DNA of 64,000 nucleotides from Octopus sinensis (GCF_006345805.1 NC_043000.1:77562001-77626000); one strand, 5' to 3'; shown: positions 36,691 through 51,051, counted from the stretch's first letter. Notes: generated by a model not told the origin, from the letters alone. A program made the numbers and translations.

Positions 36691-38147
36691 ATCACTTTCC
36701 CTGTCAGCACTACAGCATGGGACCAGAGGTAGGACTTGATTATCTGTCCATCTTGGATTCGTAAACCCTTCTCTCCCATTTGTTTCCTCATCTTTAGTTC
36801 GGATATTAAGTTTCTCCGGCGAATTCTCTCTCTTAGTGAGTATTCCTCGCGAAAACCCATATTGGGGTCCTCCCAGGCATGCGTCTGAGCTCTGTTCAGA
36901 AAGACTGAAGCCTTCCGATCGGAGGAGAAGATTACCCTTATTGGGCGTGGTCTAGTATCTGAGGTTGGGTTCGCTTGGAATCTTCCTAGCCGAGCGACCT
37001 TATGGACACTGACATTTTCGTTCACAGAGAACAATTTTCCAACTAAAATGGAAACAAAATTAATGTCATCTTTTAGGCGGTTTATGCCTGTATCACAGGT
37101 GGATTCAGCTTTACCATAAATTATTGCTGATCTTGAGTGGGCAAAATGTTCTCTACTATGAGCTGCGGTATTCGATTCTTCATTGGAAGATTTCGAAAGG
37201 GTGGTTTCATAGCCATCGGACTTATGTCGGCCTGTGGGGTCGATCGGAATGGATTTAGTGGTCATAATTTTCCCGCCTGGTTTGGAACTGCACTGCCTCT
37301 TCTTCGGTTTGGGGGAGCACCACTCCCCAGATGAACTCACATCGAGATCGTTCAGAATTGGTTGAGCGATGGCATTAATGGGAAGGACAAGTGAGGGAGA
37401 ATCGAAACAGATTTTATCGTGATCAGGTTTCATAGCCAAAACTGCCCCACTGGAGTTTTGACTACGTTTCTTCTTTTGGGGAGAACAACGGTCCTCAGGT
37501 GGGTTTGAGTCTACGCTCCTCAAATTAGGTTGGGGAACCTCCGGGACCGAAAAGGCAGATGAGGAAGAATCCGCACAGGAACGATCATGTGCAGAAACGA
37601 CCGCCGGTTCCTTCGCCTTCTTTGGTCGCTTCGATTTTGTTCCCTTCGGTTTGGACGTCTCCAGGGAAGAAGTCAAGGGTGACTCTGCGTCAACAGGAGA
37701 CTGTTTATCGTGGTCAGGTTTCATAGCTAAATCTGCCCCACTGGAGTTTTGACGACGTTTCTTCTTTTGGGGAGAACAACGGTCTTCAGGTGGGTTTGAG
37801 TCTACGCTCCTCAAATTAGGTTGGGGAACCTCCGGGACCGAAAAGGCAGGTGAGGAAGAATCCGCACAGGAACGATCTTGTGCAGAAACGACCGCCGGTT
37901 CCTTCGCCTTCTTTGGCCGCTTCGATTTTGTTCCCTTTGGTTTGGACGTCTCCAGGGAAGAAGTCAAGGGTGACTCTGCGTCCACAGGAGACTGTTTATT
38001 CAGTAAGAGATCAACAACAGACTTTAAGTGCTCGACCTCTTGTTTGAGCAACAGCAACTGCTCGTTGAGCTGACTATTGGTAGGACCATCATCTTGATGA
38101 GAAGCCCTTCCTGCAGATCTCAGTTTCGATCCGTAGGTAGCTGACAT
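36687..38147 (-). CDS. LINE ORF1 protein (coiled-coil, 97-aa tandem duplication, RRM-like RPRPIRVIF region)
   Basis: Open 486-aa ORF with ATG and motifs RLGR..RPRPI; directly precedes ORF2. Confidence 0.8.
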   Translation of the reverse strand: MSATYGSKLRSAGRASHQDDGPTNSQLNEQLLLLKQEVEHLKSVVDLLLNKQSPVDAESPLTSSLETSKPKGTKSKRPKKAKEPAVVSAQDRSCADSSSPAFSVPEVPQPNLRSVDSNPPEDRCSPQKKKRRQNSSGADLAMKPDHDKQSPVDAESPLTSSLETSKPKGTKSKRPKKAKEPAVVSAHDRSCADSSSSAFSVPEVPQPNLRSVDSNPPEDRCSPQKKKRSQNSSGAVLAMKPDHDKICFDSPSLVLPINAIAQPILNDLDVSSSGEWCSPKPKKRQCSSKPGGKIMTTKSIPIDPTGRHKSDGYETTLSKSSNEESNTAAHSREHFAHSRSAIIYGKAESTCDTGINRLKDDINFVSILVGKLFSVNENVSVHKVARLGRFQANPTSDTRPRPIRVIFSSDRKASVFLNRAQTHAWEDPNMGFREEYSLRERIRRRNLISELKMRKQMGEKGLRIQDGQIIKSYLWSHAVVLTGKVM

Positions 38148-39468
38148 GATGGATGGTTGACTAAAAAACTATCTTCTATGGGCTCTAGGACAAATCGGAG
38201 TTAAATCAGGAACAAAAAAAAAACAGGTGCAATCCTTGTAGGAGTAGGCAACAGCAGACAAAATCTGAGAGAGATTGGGCTGAGCCGAATCACAATCCAA
38301 GATTGAAAGCAGACGGTGCAACGAGTCGGGAACCCTTCCTAATTGTCTGAAGCAGCTTTAGGATAAGGGATAGTATGTCCAACTTTAGAATATTGATATG
38401 CATGTAAAATGTTCCACACGATTAAATATCATTTGACGTGCCATTTAGTACTTCAATAATTGCATCTGCGCATGTTTGTATATATGTGAATAATGTGTTT
38501 ATGTGCGAGAAGGCACATGTTTTTGACTATCGTTAATTTAGATTATTAATTTTTTCTTTTTTTTTCTCACGTTTTTCCCTTTTAAAGTATTTCATTTTAA
38601 AATAAATTATACGTTGGAGGGAGGGCTGAGGGTTTGTTTTTTATTGTAAATTCTCCTTCCTCCCAACACAGAGAAAGAAAGGGATTTTTCGTTGGTGCCA
38701 CCGGTACACGGGGAAAGACATCTCGGTGTCATCGTCAACTTGAATGTTTCTAATTGTAGCGATAGTAGTAACAGCAGTAAATTCTGATAGCAGCAGTAGC
38801 AATAGCTCATAAAGTGAGATGAAGAACGATCGGTCAAAGAGAGTTCAAATTGTCCGCAACAGTGTTGATGGAATTTGCGAACAGTGACCTTGACTTTGAG
38901 AAAAATCAAAGGAGGGGCCGACTATAAACAGTACTTGTGAATAGAGTCATGTACGAGCAGAGCGAAACTATAAATAGTATTTTTTCTTTTCTTTTTTTTT
39001 TTATTTTCTTCTTATTCTCCACGTGTTTAATAATGTGAGTGCAATAAAAGGTATGTCTGCGTATTTCGGGTAGTCAAGAAGAAAGTAAAGGTTAGCTGGT
39101 GTTTACGTCCATACTTTTAGCGTGCATTTAATTGTGTTGTCACAATAAAGGCATTTTTACATAATCTGATACTCAGGGAAGAGGTGATGGCAAAATGTTC
39201 ACTCAAAAAATGGAGATATTTATGATTCTAAAACGTTTGTCCCAAACTGTAGGTTTGGAACTCTTTAACTTATTTTAAGGGAAATTCAAATTACTCACAG
39301 AAAATAGTAGATCTTCCAGTAATTACAGTTGTTTATCAGTAATCCTGCTGGGTTGTATTTGTTTTTCTTTGTCTTCTGTGTCTTTGGCCGCTGACAGGAC
39401 AGGAGCAGCGAAAACACGTCAGCCACAGCTGAAGGCTGGAACTGGTTGCAATAAAAAGTATATACTCT

Positions 39469-39530
39469 TTACTCTATACTCTTTTACTTGTTTCAGTCAT
39501 TTGACTGCGGCCATGCTGGAGCACCACCTT
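39469..39530 (-). mobile_element. SINE 3'-terminal fragment
   Basis: cttttacttgtttcagtcatttgactgcggccatgctggagcacc matches the tail of the SINE at 54979-55403. Confidence 0.65.
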
Positions 39531-39620
<90 letters not shown>

Positions 39621-40175
39621 GAGTGAGAGAGCAGTGCATGCTATCAAAGTGACACTGGGGTAAAATATACGAAGCCCAATATACCCATCATGACTACCCG
39701 TCTGATAAGGGTACACTAGGCACATGCATCACAACCATATGTGCACGACATGGTAATCTCATATCAAGATAAACAGCACATGACCTTGCAGGTGGGGCCC
39801 AGTTAGAATTTTCTTCAGGTTGAGTAGCCCATCCCGCTCAAAAGGTCCCTGAATAAGGGTTGTTTAAGGATGTTGAAAGAACCACCAATGTTTCCAGAGG
39901 TGAATTATTCAAACCCAAAGAATCTCTCTCAACACATGGCTATGATGCTCCCCCACTACTTCTGCTCGTGATCAGAGATGCACATATCGTCAGCCACTAA
40001 GGGACATGCTCAACTGGTTATGGTCAAACAACTGACAAGCAAATATGTGGTATTGAGCAGAATATTTGCTGTAGCTCATCTTTTATACCAAGACAAAACA
40101 ATGTACATGATAACACTTCCAATCAGTTAAGATCAGAAGCCATGAGAGCCACTGCCTGGTACTGCATATGGGCAT
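39621..40175. mobile_element. ~550-bp non-coding interspersed element inserted in (TAA)n
   Basis: Highly similar to 44478-45020; both copies are bounded by trinucleotide microsatellite. Confidence 0.75.
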
Positions 40176-40992
<817 letters not shown>

Positions 40993-43900
40993 TCAGTAGT
41001 TTTATTTTTATAGCGTGCTTTCACTTCACTACCGAGCGCAGCTCTGTGTGCCTTGGGTATGTGCTGTGATTTGTTGTGATGCTCCGATGGTTACTGTATT
41101 GAAAATGTTCTGCGTAGGATGTGTGTAGTGCCTAGTAGTGCAATTTTCTGTATGTTATATGTGTTTGTAAGTCCTGGTGTTTTCGTTATGTATTTGTCTG
41201 AATATATTTTATCATGCCTAATGCACCTACTATGAGAGGAATTATTTCTGGTTTTAGATTCCACATTCTAGTTACATCTATTTCCAGGTCTTTGTATTTT
41301 GAAAGTTTCTCCATTTCTTTTAGAGCCACGTTGTCATCTGCTGGTATTGATACATCAATTAGAAAGCATTTTTTTTTCATGATCTCTGACAACTATATCT
41401 GGTCTGTTGGCCTTAATTTCTCTATCTGTGTGTATCGGCATATCCCAGAGTATGGTTGCTTTCTCGTTTTCTGTGACGTTTTCTGGTGTGTGCCTATACC
41501 ATCTTTTTTCTGTTGTTATTCCATAATGTTGGCATAGCTTCCAGTGTATGTAGGTCCCAACTCTGTCGTATCTGTGAATATATTCCTTCTTAGCCAGGGC
41601 TGGGCAGCCAGAGATAATATGATTTATTGTTTCTTGTCCATTTCCACATATTCTGCAGTTACTTGTTATATTTCTTTTCACTACATGTTTTTGGTAATTT
41701 CTGGTGGGGACGCTTTGGTCTTGTGCTGCAATTAAAAATCCCTCTGTCTCTGCTTTGAGTCCTGAGCTTCTCAACCAGCTTCTCTTGGTCTATTTCTTTT
41801 GCATGTAGTTTAGTTCAGTATTTACCATGAAGGGGCATTTCTTGTCATCGTTTGATCATGGTTCTTTGCAGTTCTAGTTTTAGTTTGGATTTTATTTGTT
41901 TTGTAGCTTTTGTTGTTTCTTCTTCTTCTTCTTCTTCTTCTTCTTCTTCTTCTCTTCTTCTTCTTCTTCTCTTCTTCTTCTTCTTCTTCTTCTTCTTCTT
42001 CTTCTTCTTCTTCTTCTTCTTCTCTTCTTCTTCTTCTTCTTCTTCTTCTTCTTCTTCTCTTCTTCTTCTTCTCTTCTTCTTCTTCTTCTTCTTCTTCTTC
42101 TTCTTCATATTTGTTAGGTGGTATGATTTCTTGTTTGTATTTGTCAGCAATTTGTCAACAATTTGTCAACAATTTTGTGTTTTGCTCGTGTTTTTCCGCT
42201 ATTTGTATCAGTCTTCCTTGCTTCTGAAGTAGGTATTTTTGCAGTCCTATGGTCGTTATTTTATAGTAGATTTCCAGCTTTATAAGGCCTCTACCACCTT
42301 CTATACTTTGTATATATAGCCTTTCTATGTTAGATTTTGGGTGATGCATCCTAGATCCTGTCATTATTTTTCTTGTTTTCCTATCTATTTTGGTTAGTTC
42401 ATTTAACGTCCAGTTAAGGATATTGTAGCTGTAACTTATAACTGGGGCGGCTAAAATGTTAATACCTATTATCTTGTTTTTAGCATTGAGCTCTGTTTTT
42501 AGTATTGATCTAACTCATCATTAGTATTCTTTCTTTATCTTCTCTTTCATTTGTGTGTGTTGTGTCTTATCTAGTTCATGGATTCCTAAGTATTTGTAAG
42601 TTTGGCTTTGGTCTAATTCTTTTATTTCATTGGTTTTATCTGGTGTGATGTTGCTACTCTTAACTAGTTTTCCTCTTTTCAGGGTTACTTTGGCGCATTT
42701 TTCTAATCCAAATTTCACATCTATTTCTTTGGTGAATCCATGATCTGTCTTTAGTAGTGTTTCCAGCTGTTTGTCATTTGTAGCGTATAGTTTTAGGTCA
42801 TCCATTTATAAAAGGTGGCTGATCGTTTTGCCGTAACATTTATATTCGCATCCAGTTCTATTTAGCATATCAGATAGAGGTGACAGTGCCAAACAGAAAA
42901 GGAGTGGAGAGAGCGTGTCTCCCTGGAATATTCCTCTTCTAATGGGGATGGCTTTGGCTTTCACGAGTCCCTCTTTTGTTTGGAGCTGTAGCACTGTTTG
43001 CCATTTATTCATAGAGTGCTCTATGTATTTTATAATTGTTGGTGCTACTTTGTTAATGGCTAGTGTTTCGAGGATCCATGTGTGGGGGATGCTATCAAAC
43101 GCCTTTTTGTAGTCAATCCAGGCCATACTGAGGCCTTTCTTCTTTCTGTGGCTGTCTTCAGTTACGGCTTTATTAATCATTAGTTGATCTTTACAGCCAT
43201 ATGAGCCCTTGCGGCATCCTTTCTGCTCTTCTGGGAACAGTTTATTTTCGTCCAGGTGCTTGTTCAGCCTTTGCGATATCACTGCAGTAAATGCCTTGAA
43301 CATAGTAGGGAGGCAGGTTATTGGTCTGTAGTTTTCTGGTTTTGTTGTTTCATTTGATTTGGGAATTAAGATGGTTTTCCCCTTCGTGAGCCATTCAAAC
43401 ATCGTCTCTGGCTCTGCCATTATTTTGTTAAAGTTTTCAGCCAGCTTTTTGTGTATTCTTGTCAGATATTTCAACCAGAAGTGGGGATCTTGTCATGCCC
43501 AGGTGCCTTCCAGTTGCTTAGTCTTTGCAGTGCCTGGGTGGCCTCTTCACTTGTTATGGCGGATCCTTTGTGCTTTATCTCAAGTAAATCTTTTTTCTGT
43601 GATGCATTTGCACAGTATTTTTGTTTTCTTTTTGTTGCTTAGTAGTGTTGATTGTCTACTGATTTCATTAAGAATCGACAGATATTTTCTCATATTTTGG
43701 ATTTTTTTGGGGGGGAGGGGGAGATTTTATTTATCCAAAGGGTTTGTTTGGGTGGTGGTACTCATCTTTGGATGGGTTTCAGGGAGTATCCAGCTTCTTT
43801 TGTGGCTGTAGTGGCTGCTGCATATACTAAGTCATTTAGCTCAGTGATATTGCTATTTTTTTCAGTGGCTATTAGTTCTGTGACGGCTAGGTTTATGCTG

Positions 43901-44345
43901 TTTATAATTGATGTTGTTTTTTTTGTCTATTTTGATTTTTGGGAGGTATGGTCGGTGGTCCATCGTGAGATCTGTGTTTTTCAGTTCTTTGATTATTCTA
44001 CTTTTTATAGTATCATAATCATTAGGCTCCCCTTCGTTGTTTCCAGGTTTTAGATTTGTGTCGCTTTCTTTCTCATTCGTGTGTTTGTCTGTCGTGTTTT
44101 GGCTTGCTGCTTGTCGTGCATTATTATGCATCCTTACGGTCTGGGTTAGTTGTTTTTTGTTTACATCGTTTTTGTTGGAAATGTTACGTTTGTCTTCGTG
44201 TTTTACTATCTCAGTGTTTATATTATTAGGTATTGTTGTGTGGCTTCTATCTACTTTTTCCTGATGTATTTTTTCTTTTAAATATTCTATTTCTATTTCT
44301 GATATGTTTTTTTGCGTTGAGAATACATCTTCGTACGTTAGCAAG
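40993..44345 (-). mobile_element. R4/Dong retrotransposon (family C), 5'-truncated and decayed
   Basis: NYRPITCL, WIDYKKAFDS, GIFQGDTLSP, HLL*MDD, CRICG..H..C and NRPDIV; (TAA)n at both ends. Confidence 0.92.
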
Positions 44346-44353
44346 TTATATTA

Positions 44354-44446
<93 letters not shown>

Positions 44447-44477
44447 TAGTAGTAGTAGTAGTAGTAGTAGTAGTATA

Positions 44478-45127
<650 letters not shown>

Positions 45128-45142
45128 TATTATTATTATTAT

Positions 45143-45874
45143 TCTATGTTTGACTTTTGCTTTATGTCTGTACAAGTTGGCTCCAAGTCTCACCCAGAGA
45201 CCTCAAGAGACAACAGGTTGGAAGTTCTGTGCCATACATTTGGGTTTTTTTTTTTTTTGGTGTTGTACTAGTGAATGTCTAATACATAAAAAAAAGTAAA
45301 ATAAAAAATAAAAATAAAAAAAATAAAAATAAGAATAAGAAAAGTTTGTTTTAAACCTTGGGATTACATAGAGAGTATTTTGTGTAGGATATGAGCAGTT
45401 CCCATGAGCACTATCTTTTGAATTTCTGCCATTTTGGGGTTTCCTGGTATCTGAGTTAGCTAGCAATCAGTCCCTTTCGCTATCATTCCCAGGGCACCTA
45501 TGACAACAGGTATTGTTTTAGTCTTCAGCTTCCACATTTTGCTGATTTCTATTTCAAGATCTTTATATTTGCTCAGTTTTTGGTAGATCTTGACAGATAC
45601 GTTTATATCGATTGGGACAGTCATATCAATGAGGAGGCATGTTCTTTGTCTGAAGTCTTTCAGTATGATGTCTGGCCTATTTGCATCTATCTTCCTGTCA
45701 GTTTGAATGGTGAAGTTCCAGAGGAGTGAGATGTGGTCATTTTCAAGCACTGGAGGTGGATTGTGTTCCCACCAGTTTTTTCATGGTGCAAATCCAGGTT
45801 TTTGCAAATTACCCAGTGAATATATTTTGCAGCTCTATCATGCCTATTGAGGTACTCTGTAGGCGCTAGAAGAC
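45143..45874 (-). mobile_element. R4/Dong 3' fragment (family A)
   Basis: LWNFTIQTDRKIDANRPDII..KYKDL; 3'UTR nearly identical to 27727-27880; (TAA)n on both sides. Confidence 0.88.
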
Positions 45875-45915
45875 TATTATTATTATTATTATTATGATTA
45901 TTATTATTATTATTA

Positions 45916-45960
<45 letters not shown>

Positions 45961-45984
45961 TGTAGTAGTAGTAGTAGTAGTAGC

Positions 45985-46061
<77 letters not shown>

Positions 46062-46115
46062 GAGGAGGAGGAGGAGGAGGAGGAGGAGGACCAGTAGTAG
46101 TGATGACTGCTTCTT

Positions 46116-48671
46116 CTACTGCTCTGTCCATCGTATTGGATTTTTTGCAGAAACCATCCGTTCTGATTTGCTTTGTTTTTTACAGATTCCATTTCCCTTA
46201 CACGTGCAGAAAAATATCTCTGGCCAGTATAAGGATGTAGCACCACGACTATCCTTTGCCCAAACTTTCAACTTTTTTGGTGTACCATCTAGATTTAGGG
46301 TCCAATTCAAATTACTACTATCAAATGTCTTTTTAACATCGTTTACATCAATTTCAAGATTGATGCTATCATTATTGCGATCGGCTGCTTCCAAAAGGAT
46401 TGTATTATTTCCTGATGTCAAATACAATTCATTCATTGTATCTTGTAGAAATGAAGGAAAATTTTCGATTCTTTCAAAATATTCTGGCTTATATAGCATA
46501 GTGTGGTTAGCAAGGTTAGGTTTGTGCAGAACAGCAGCACAGATGCAAAACATATCATTGTCTTGACATGAAGTGTTAGTACTGTTAACCAAATTGGAAA
46601 GGTTACTAAGAATTTCAATAAACTGGTTTTCTGAGATACTGTAGGAATTAAAGCTGCTGTAATTCTTATGTGTGTAATTTAAAAGAGAATCTTTTTCTTT
46701 CCCTCGACAAGCTTCCCACATTATATACACATCCCTTTCCGATGAGGGATCAATCGCTTGTCCATTTGGCATCTTTCCAATTAGTAAACCAGATAATAAA
46801 TGTGGTTGTTGTAAATAGTGTGGAAGGGTCAAAATTATTCCCATGGAATCATTAACAGAAATAATCTCTAAATGCATGTTGTTAAAGAAGATGGTGTTGT
46901 TTTCTTTTTCAAATATGTTGTCAGTATTATTCTCAATCATCACATTTCCTTTATCACTTATTTCCAAAACTGCATTTTCAGACTTGATAGCAAAGGCTGT
47001 GTAGACTGGTATTTTTGAGAATTGGTCATTGTCTTCCATTTCTACACGTGCTTGAATTGTAACACTTGTGTCAAACCCTGGAGCTTTAACCGTTAATAAC
47101 GTATATTCTCCTGCACCATAAAAACTATACCACTTCTTGTTTATCATCTTGAAAACCAAGGGGTCTAACACAAATACAGTCCCTGGAACTTGATACTTTG
47201 AACAGGTGTCAGATGGATAAATGTCATAAAACAGATTACATAATGGATAGTCTTTACAACAATATTGTTGACCATCAGAAAAAGATCCATTTGTGTTGTA
47301 TATAAAACCACCGTCAGGATAGTTTTTCAAAAGAGCCTTCTCAGCCTTTTCATAACATGTATTTCCGGTTACACCTTTAAAAGTAAGATCTAACTGTGCT
47401 TGTTGCAGTGTACAGGGACATGGAATTGCAAAAGAGTCAATATCAAACTGCTTTTCACTTTTACAATGCCACTCCAAACAATTCAAGGAACTTTCAGTTC
47501 TGCTTTCCATTTTAAATGTTTTTCTCAATCCATAGACTTCATTTCCTGCCTGTAATAACTTGAAGAATTTTTTATCCTGAGCAAAAACAGTAGATCCACC
47601 TTTACCATCACCATAGCCAACCAAAATATCTCGATTAGCTTATGCATTTAGCTTTACATTGTCTTTGTCATAGTTAAAGATAGCATAGAAGAATGTTCCA
47701 TTTGAAACTAGAATGCTTTGGAATGTGATGGTTTCATTTCCAAATTCAGATGCAGGATAAGGGGAAAGATTTTCCCATGTCACAACAACAGCATGTTTAG
47801 CATGAAAGGTAGACGATATCATGTTACCAATTCTATTTAATATTGCTTTATCTTTACAATATTCATAACTATCAATGAATATTTTCGTAGGGGCAGCAAC
47901 GTCAAAAGCAGTCCAAAACGGAGCCAAAACAGGAGAGGCTGCAGGGAAAGTTCCATCTGGTTGTGCATAACTTTTTTCACCAAAAGCAATGTAACCATTG
48001 ACACTAACATAAATATTCTGATAGATATGATTAAAAACTGTAATTTTTTGGTTTATGAAATAAGGTCCATACAACTCATTCTGTTTCACCGGAACTTCAG
48101 TTTTATAATCAACCATTGGTTTTTCTAAACACTTGAAGCCGTCCCCCACAAAGCCATTGTTGCAGGCACAACTGTATCCACCAACATTATTGATGCAGTT
48201 AGCAAATTCTGAGCATTTATGTCTGATCGGAACATTCATCAATATCTGTACAATATGACCTGTTTCCCTTGTATCCTTCAGAACACGTACAATCAAATTT
48301 TCCAACTGTATTTTTGCAAGTAGCCAAATTTGAACAAGGATAATTCATTTGTAAACACTCATCAACATCTTTACAAATTGCACCATCTCCAGTAAAGCCA
48401 GACTTACAACAACAGTTGTATCCACCATCAAAGCTGTGACAATCAGCATTTGGTGAACAATTGTTGAGTGAATTATTGTTACATTCATTTACATCTGTAC
48501 AATTGACTCCGTCTCCAGTAAAGCCTTCCATACAAGTACAGTTGAAGCCAGGAACAAAGTTGTGACATGTTGCATATCGTGAACTGTTGTGGAGTGAATT
48601 AGTACATTCATTTAAATCTGTACAATTGACTCCGTCTCCAGTAAAGCCTTCCATACAAGTACAGTTGAAGC
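46116..48671 (-). pseudogene. Intronless mucin-4/SUSD2-like extracellular protein copy: tandem cbEGF-NIDO-AMOP-VWD; probable processed pseudogene
   Basis: cbEGF repeats (DVNEC, DVDEC, DIDEC); NIDO (YVSVNGYIAF, LAPFW, VVVTWEN, TFQSILVS); AMOP-like PCPCTLQQAQLD; VWD-like DP..Y.F.G.GEYTL. Frameshift at ~48220 and in-frame TAA at 47640-47642. Confidence 0.82.
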
Positions 48672-49284
48672 ACTAAGTCACCCGATCCGGATTTACACTT
48701 TGTCGCTGGGTGAAAGATCGCAATGAAAATGTTGACATTCACTCAGTGGGCTCAGATGCTGATGCTTACTGAGAGTTATTTTGTTTGTGCTGTACTTGGT
48801 CAATCATGTATTTAACATGTAATATAATATATAGAGCTATGGCAATGTAAGTCAGCACTGGTATGATTTGAGCACAAATCAAGTTGTAACTGTTGTTGAC
48901 GGTGCTAGTGTTGCTCTTGTTTTTGTCGTCACTGTAGACGAATGAAACTATATACTGAAAGATATTTAGGGAGGTGTTGTCCCTCTTTTTGTCACACGAC
49001 ATCCTTTCAAAATGATTTATTGGATAATTGGTGTTATTTCTTTATTTACTCCCAAACGTTGAAGGTGATGGCGATGTTTTATGGAGAAAATACGATACAA
49101 AAAAAAAAAATTAATGCGTGGCTAATACTCCAAACAACTCCAAACATATTTGGGCTTAATGTTAATTCATGCTTCAGACCGAGGAGACAGCCATTTTGTA
49201 AAACTGTTTGCTGTACTGGCCTTTGAAAATTGTGATAAGTAATTTTTTTTACCGTATGCTAGCATATACTTCTGCTTTTTACTA

Positions 49285-49488
49285 TCTTTTCTACTCTAGG
49301 CACAAGGCCCGAAATTTTTGGGGAGGGGCCAGTCAATTAGATCGACCCCAGTACGCAACAATATATTGACCCCGAATGGATGAAAGGCAAAGTCGATCTC
49401 GGCGGAATTTGAACTCAGAACGTGAAGACAGACGAAATAACGCTAAGCATTTCGCCCGGCGTACTAACGTTTCTGCCAGCTCGCCGCT
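49285..49488 (-). mobile_element. tRNA-derived SINE with Deu/Nin-like core
   Basis: Same head and core as 9690-9897 but a different 3' tail. Confidence 0.75.
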
Positions 49489-50156
49489 TTCAGCTCTTTA
49501 ATATCTACCCAATTAAAAGTGGGAACAAAATACTTTGAGATATTTCACTTGTTGTTTTCGTTATGTGCTCAAATCTAGTTGAGAACGACTTTGCGTTTCA
49601 ACTTACTGTGATAGATTAAATAATCAGCAATCAAGTGCTGAGATTGATATAAACGATCATACCTCTCATTAAAAAGTATTCGCTTTTGTACCGCTGTTAA
49701 AAATTCAATATTTTTAACAATTAAAGGATTTCATCATGGTATTAGAAGGATTACACCCAGTAATAGTCTGTTTAGAAATTTGTGCCAGATCAAATGTTTT
49801 GCTTATATTAGTGACGAATTCTGTGATGTATGGATGTAAGATAAACAGCTGAAGAATATATAGTGTCGCAATTTTCATACACCCAGTAGCAGTTGAACTT
49901 GGTCCGATCCTCTTCGTTACACTGGCGGGAGAGAGTGTAAACCGAAAATTGATATATTCAGTCATTATAACAAATACGCACACATACACACACACACACA
50001 AACACACACATACACACACACACATACACGCACGCACACATACAAACACGCACATACAAACACACACACACACACGTACACACATACACACACACACCGA
50101 AATAACAAAATGCAGAAAATATAAAAGCCATTCATATACTATACTTAATGTATATA

Positions 50157-50997
50157 CGATGGGGTGCCCAAAAGAAGCCGGAATTTTGCAATATTATTTT
50201 ATTCACTTAGTTTTACATGTTTATCCTTTTATCATCTTCAAAGTATTCTCCATTTGAAGCAATGCATCAGTCCAGACGCATTCGCTACTGTTGTTGAAGG
50301 CATTGCTCGAACTCTTGCAAAGTTAGCCTCGTCGTTTTTTTCTCTTCCACATCTGCAAATTCCGTAGCACCAACTTTCATCACCAGTGATGATCTTGGAA
50401 AAAAGGTCCGGATTGACTTCCAACTGTGCTTTCAGTTCACAACACGCAGTCGTGACTGCTTTTGATCTTCTGTCAGCAAGCGAAGTACAAATTTTGCACT
50501 AACTCTTTTCATTCGCAATTCCTCGCTCAAAATTCTTTGGCAGAAGTTTCAGGATATCAACAAGTTCGTCAATTGTTCGGTGACCGTCCTTTAAGATGTT
50601 TTCATTCGTTCGGGGGGGGGGAGGTCGACGGACGCCCTGAACCAGGTTGGTCCTGAAGCGACAAGTAACCATTTCTAAAACGTGAAAATCACTCGTAAAC
50701 TTGTATTTTGCTCATGACAGCGTCCTTGTAAGTTTCGGCCGCTGTTTTTTCCCGGTAGAACACAGAAATTGACGGAAGCACGCCGTTCCTTCGTTTCGGT
50801 CATCACAAAAACCGACAGACAGGGGAGGAGCACTGCAAAACAAAGATGTGCCATGTGTCAGTATGACAGAACAGGAAAACGCCGGTCGGCAGACTGATGC
50901 CTGAGGATCGCATCAAGTGCCTTTAGCGGCGGACGTCTGAACTACCATGGGCTTTTCCTACAGTGAACATTTCCGGTTACTTTTGTGTATATCCTCG
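50157..50997 (-). mobile_element. Internally deleted mariner transposon
   Basis: KIITGDESWCYG (first catalytic D) is joined directly to the C-terminal region; degenerate TIRs (cgat..caaaagaagccggaa / ttccggttacttttg..cctcg). Confidence 0.75.
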
Positions 50998-51051
50998 TGC
51001 ACCACTGATATAGTATCATGTATGTCAGTGCTAATTAAAAAACACAGTATA

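Larger units (their letters stand above)
33727..38390 (-). mobile_element. Full-length CR1-group LINE (ORF1 + APE-RT ORF2) with (TAAC)n tail
   Basis: ORF1 at 36687-38147; ORF2 in three frames across 36690-33810; ttag repeats at 33727-33744. The 5' boundary is approximate. Confidence 0.9.

Noticed and set aside
40100-40175. HDV-like ribozyme at the putative 5' end of the 550-bp element
   Set aside because: The P1/P3/P1.1 nested pseudoknot could not be assembled by eye.
48672-48810. Possible short upstream exon and gtaag..ag intron for the EGF gene (minus strand)
   Set aside because: There is no polypyrimidine tract and the upstream peptide is not a signal peptide; chance motifs are likely.
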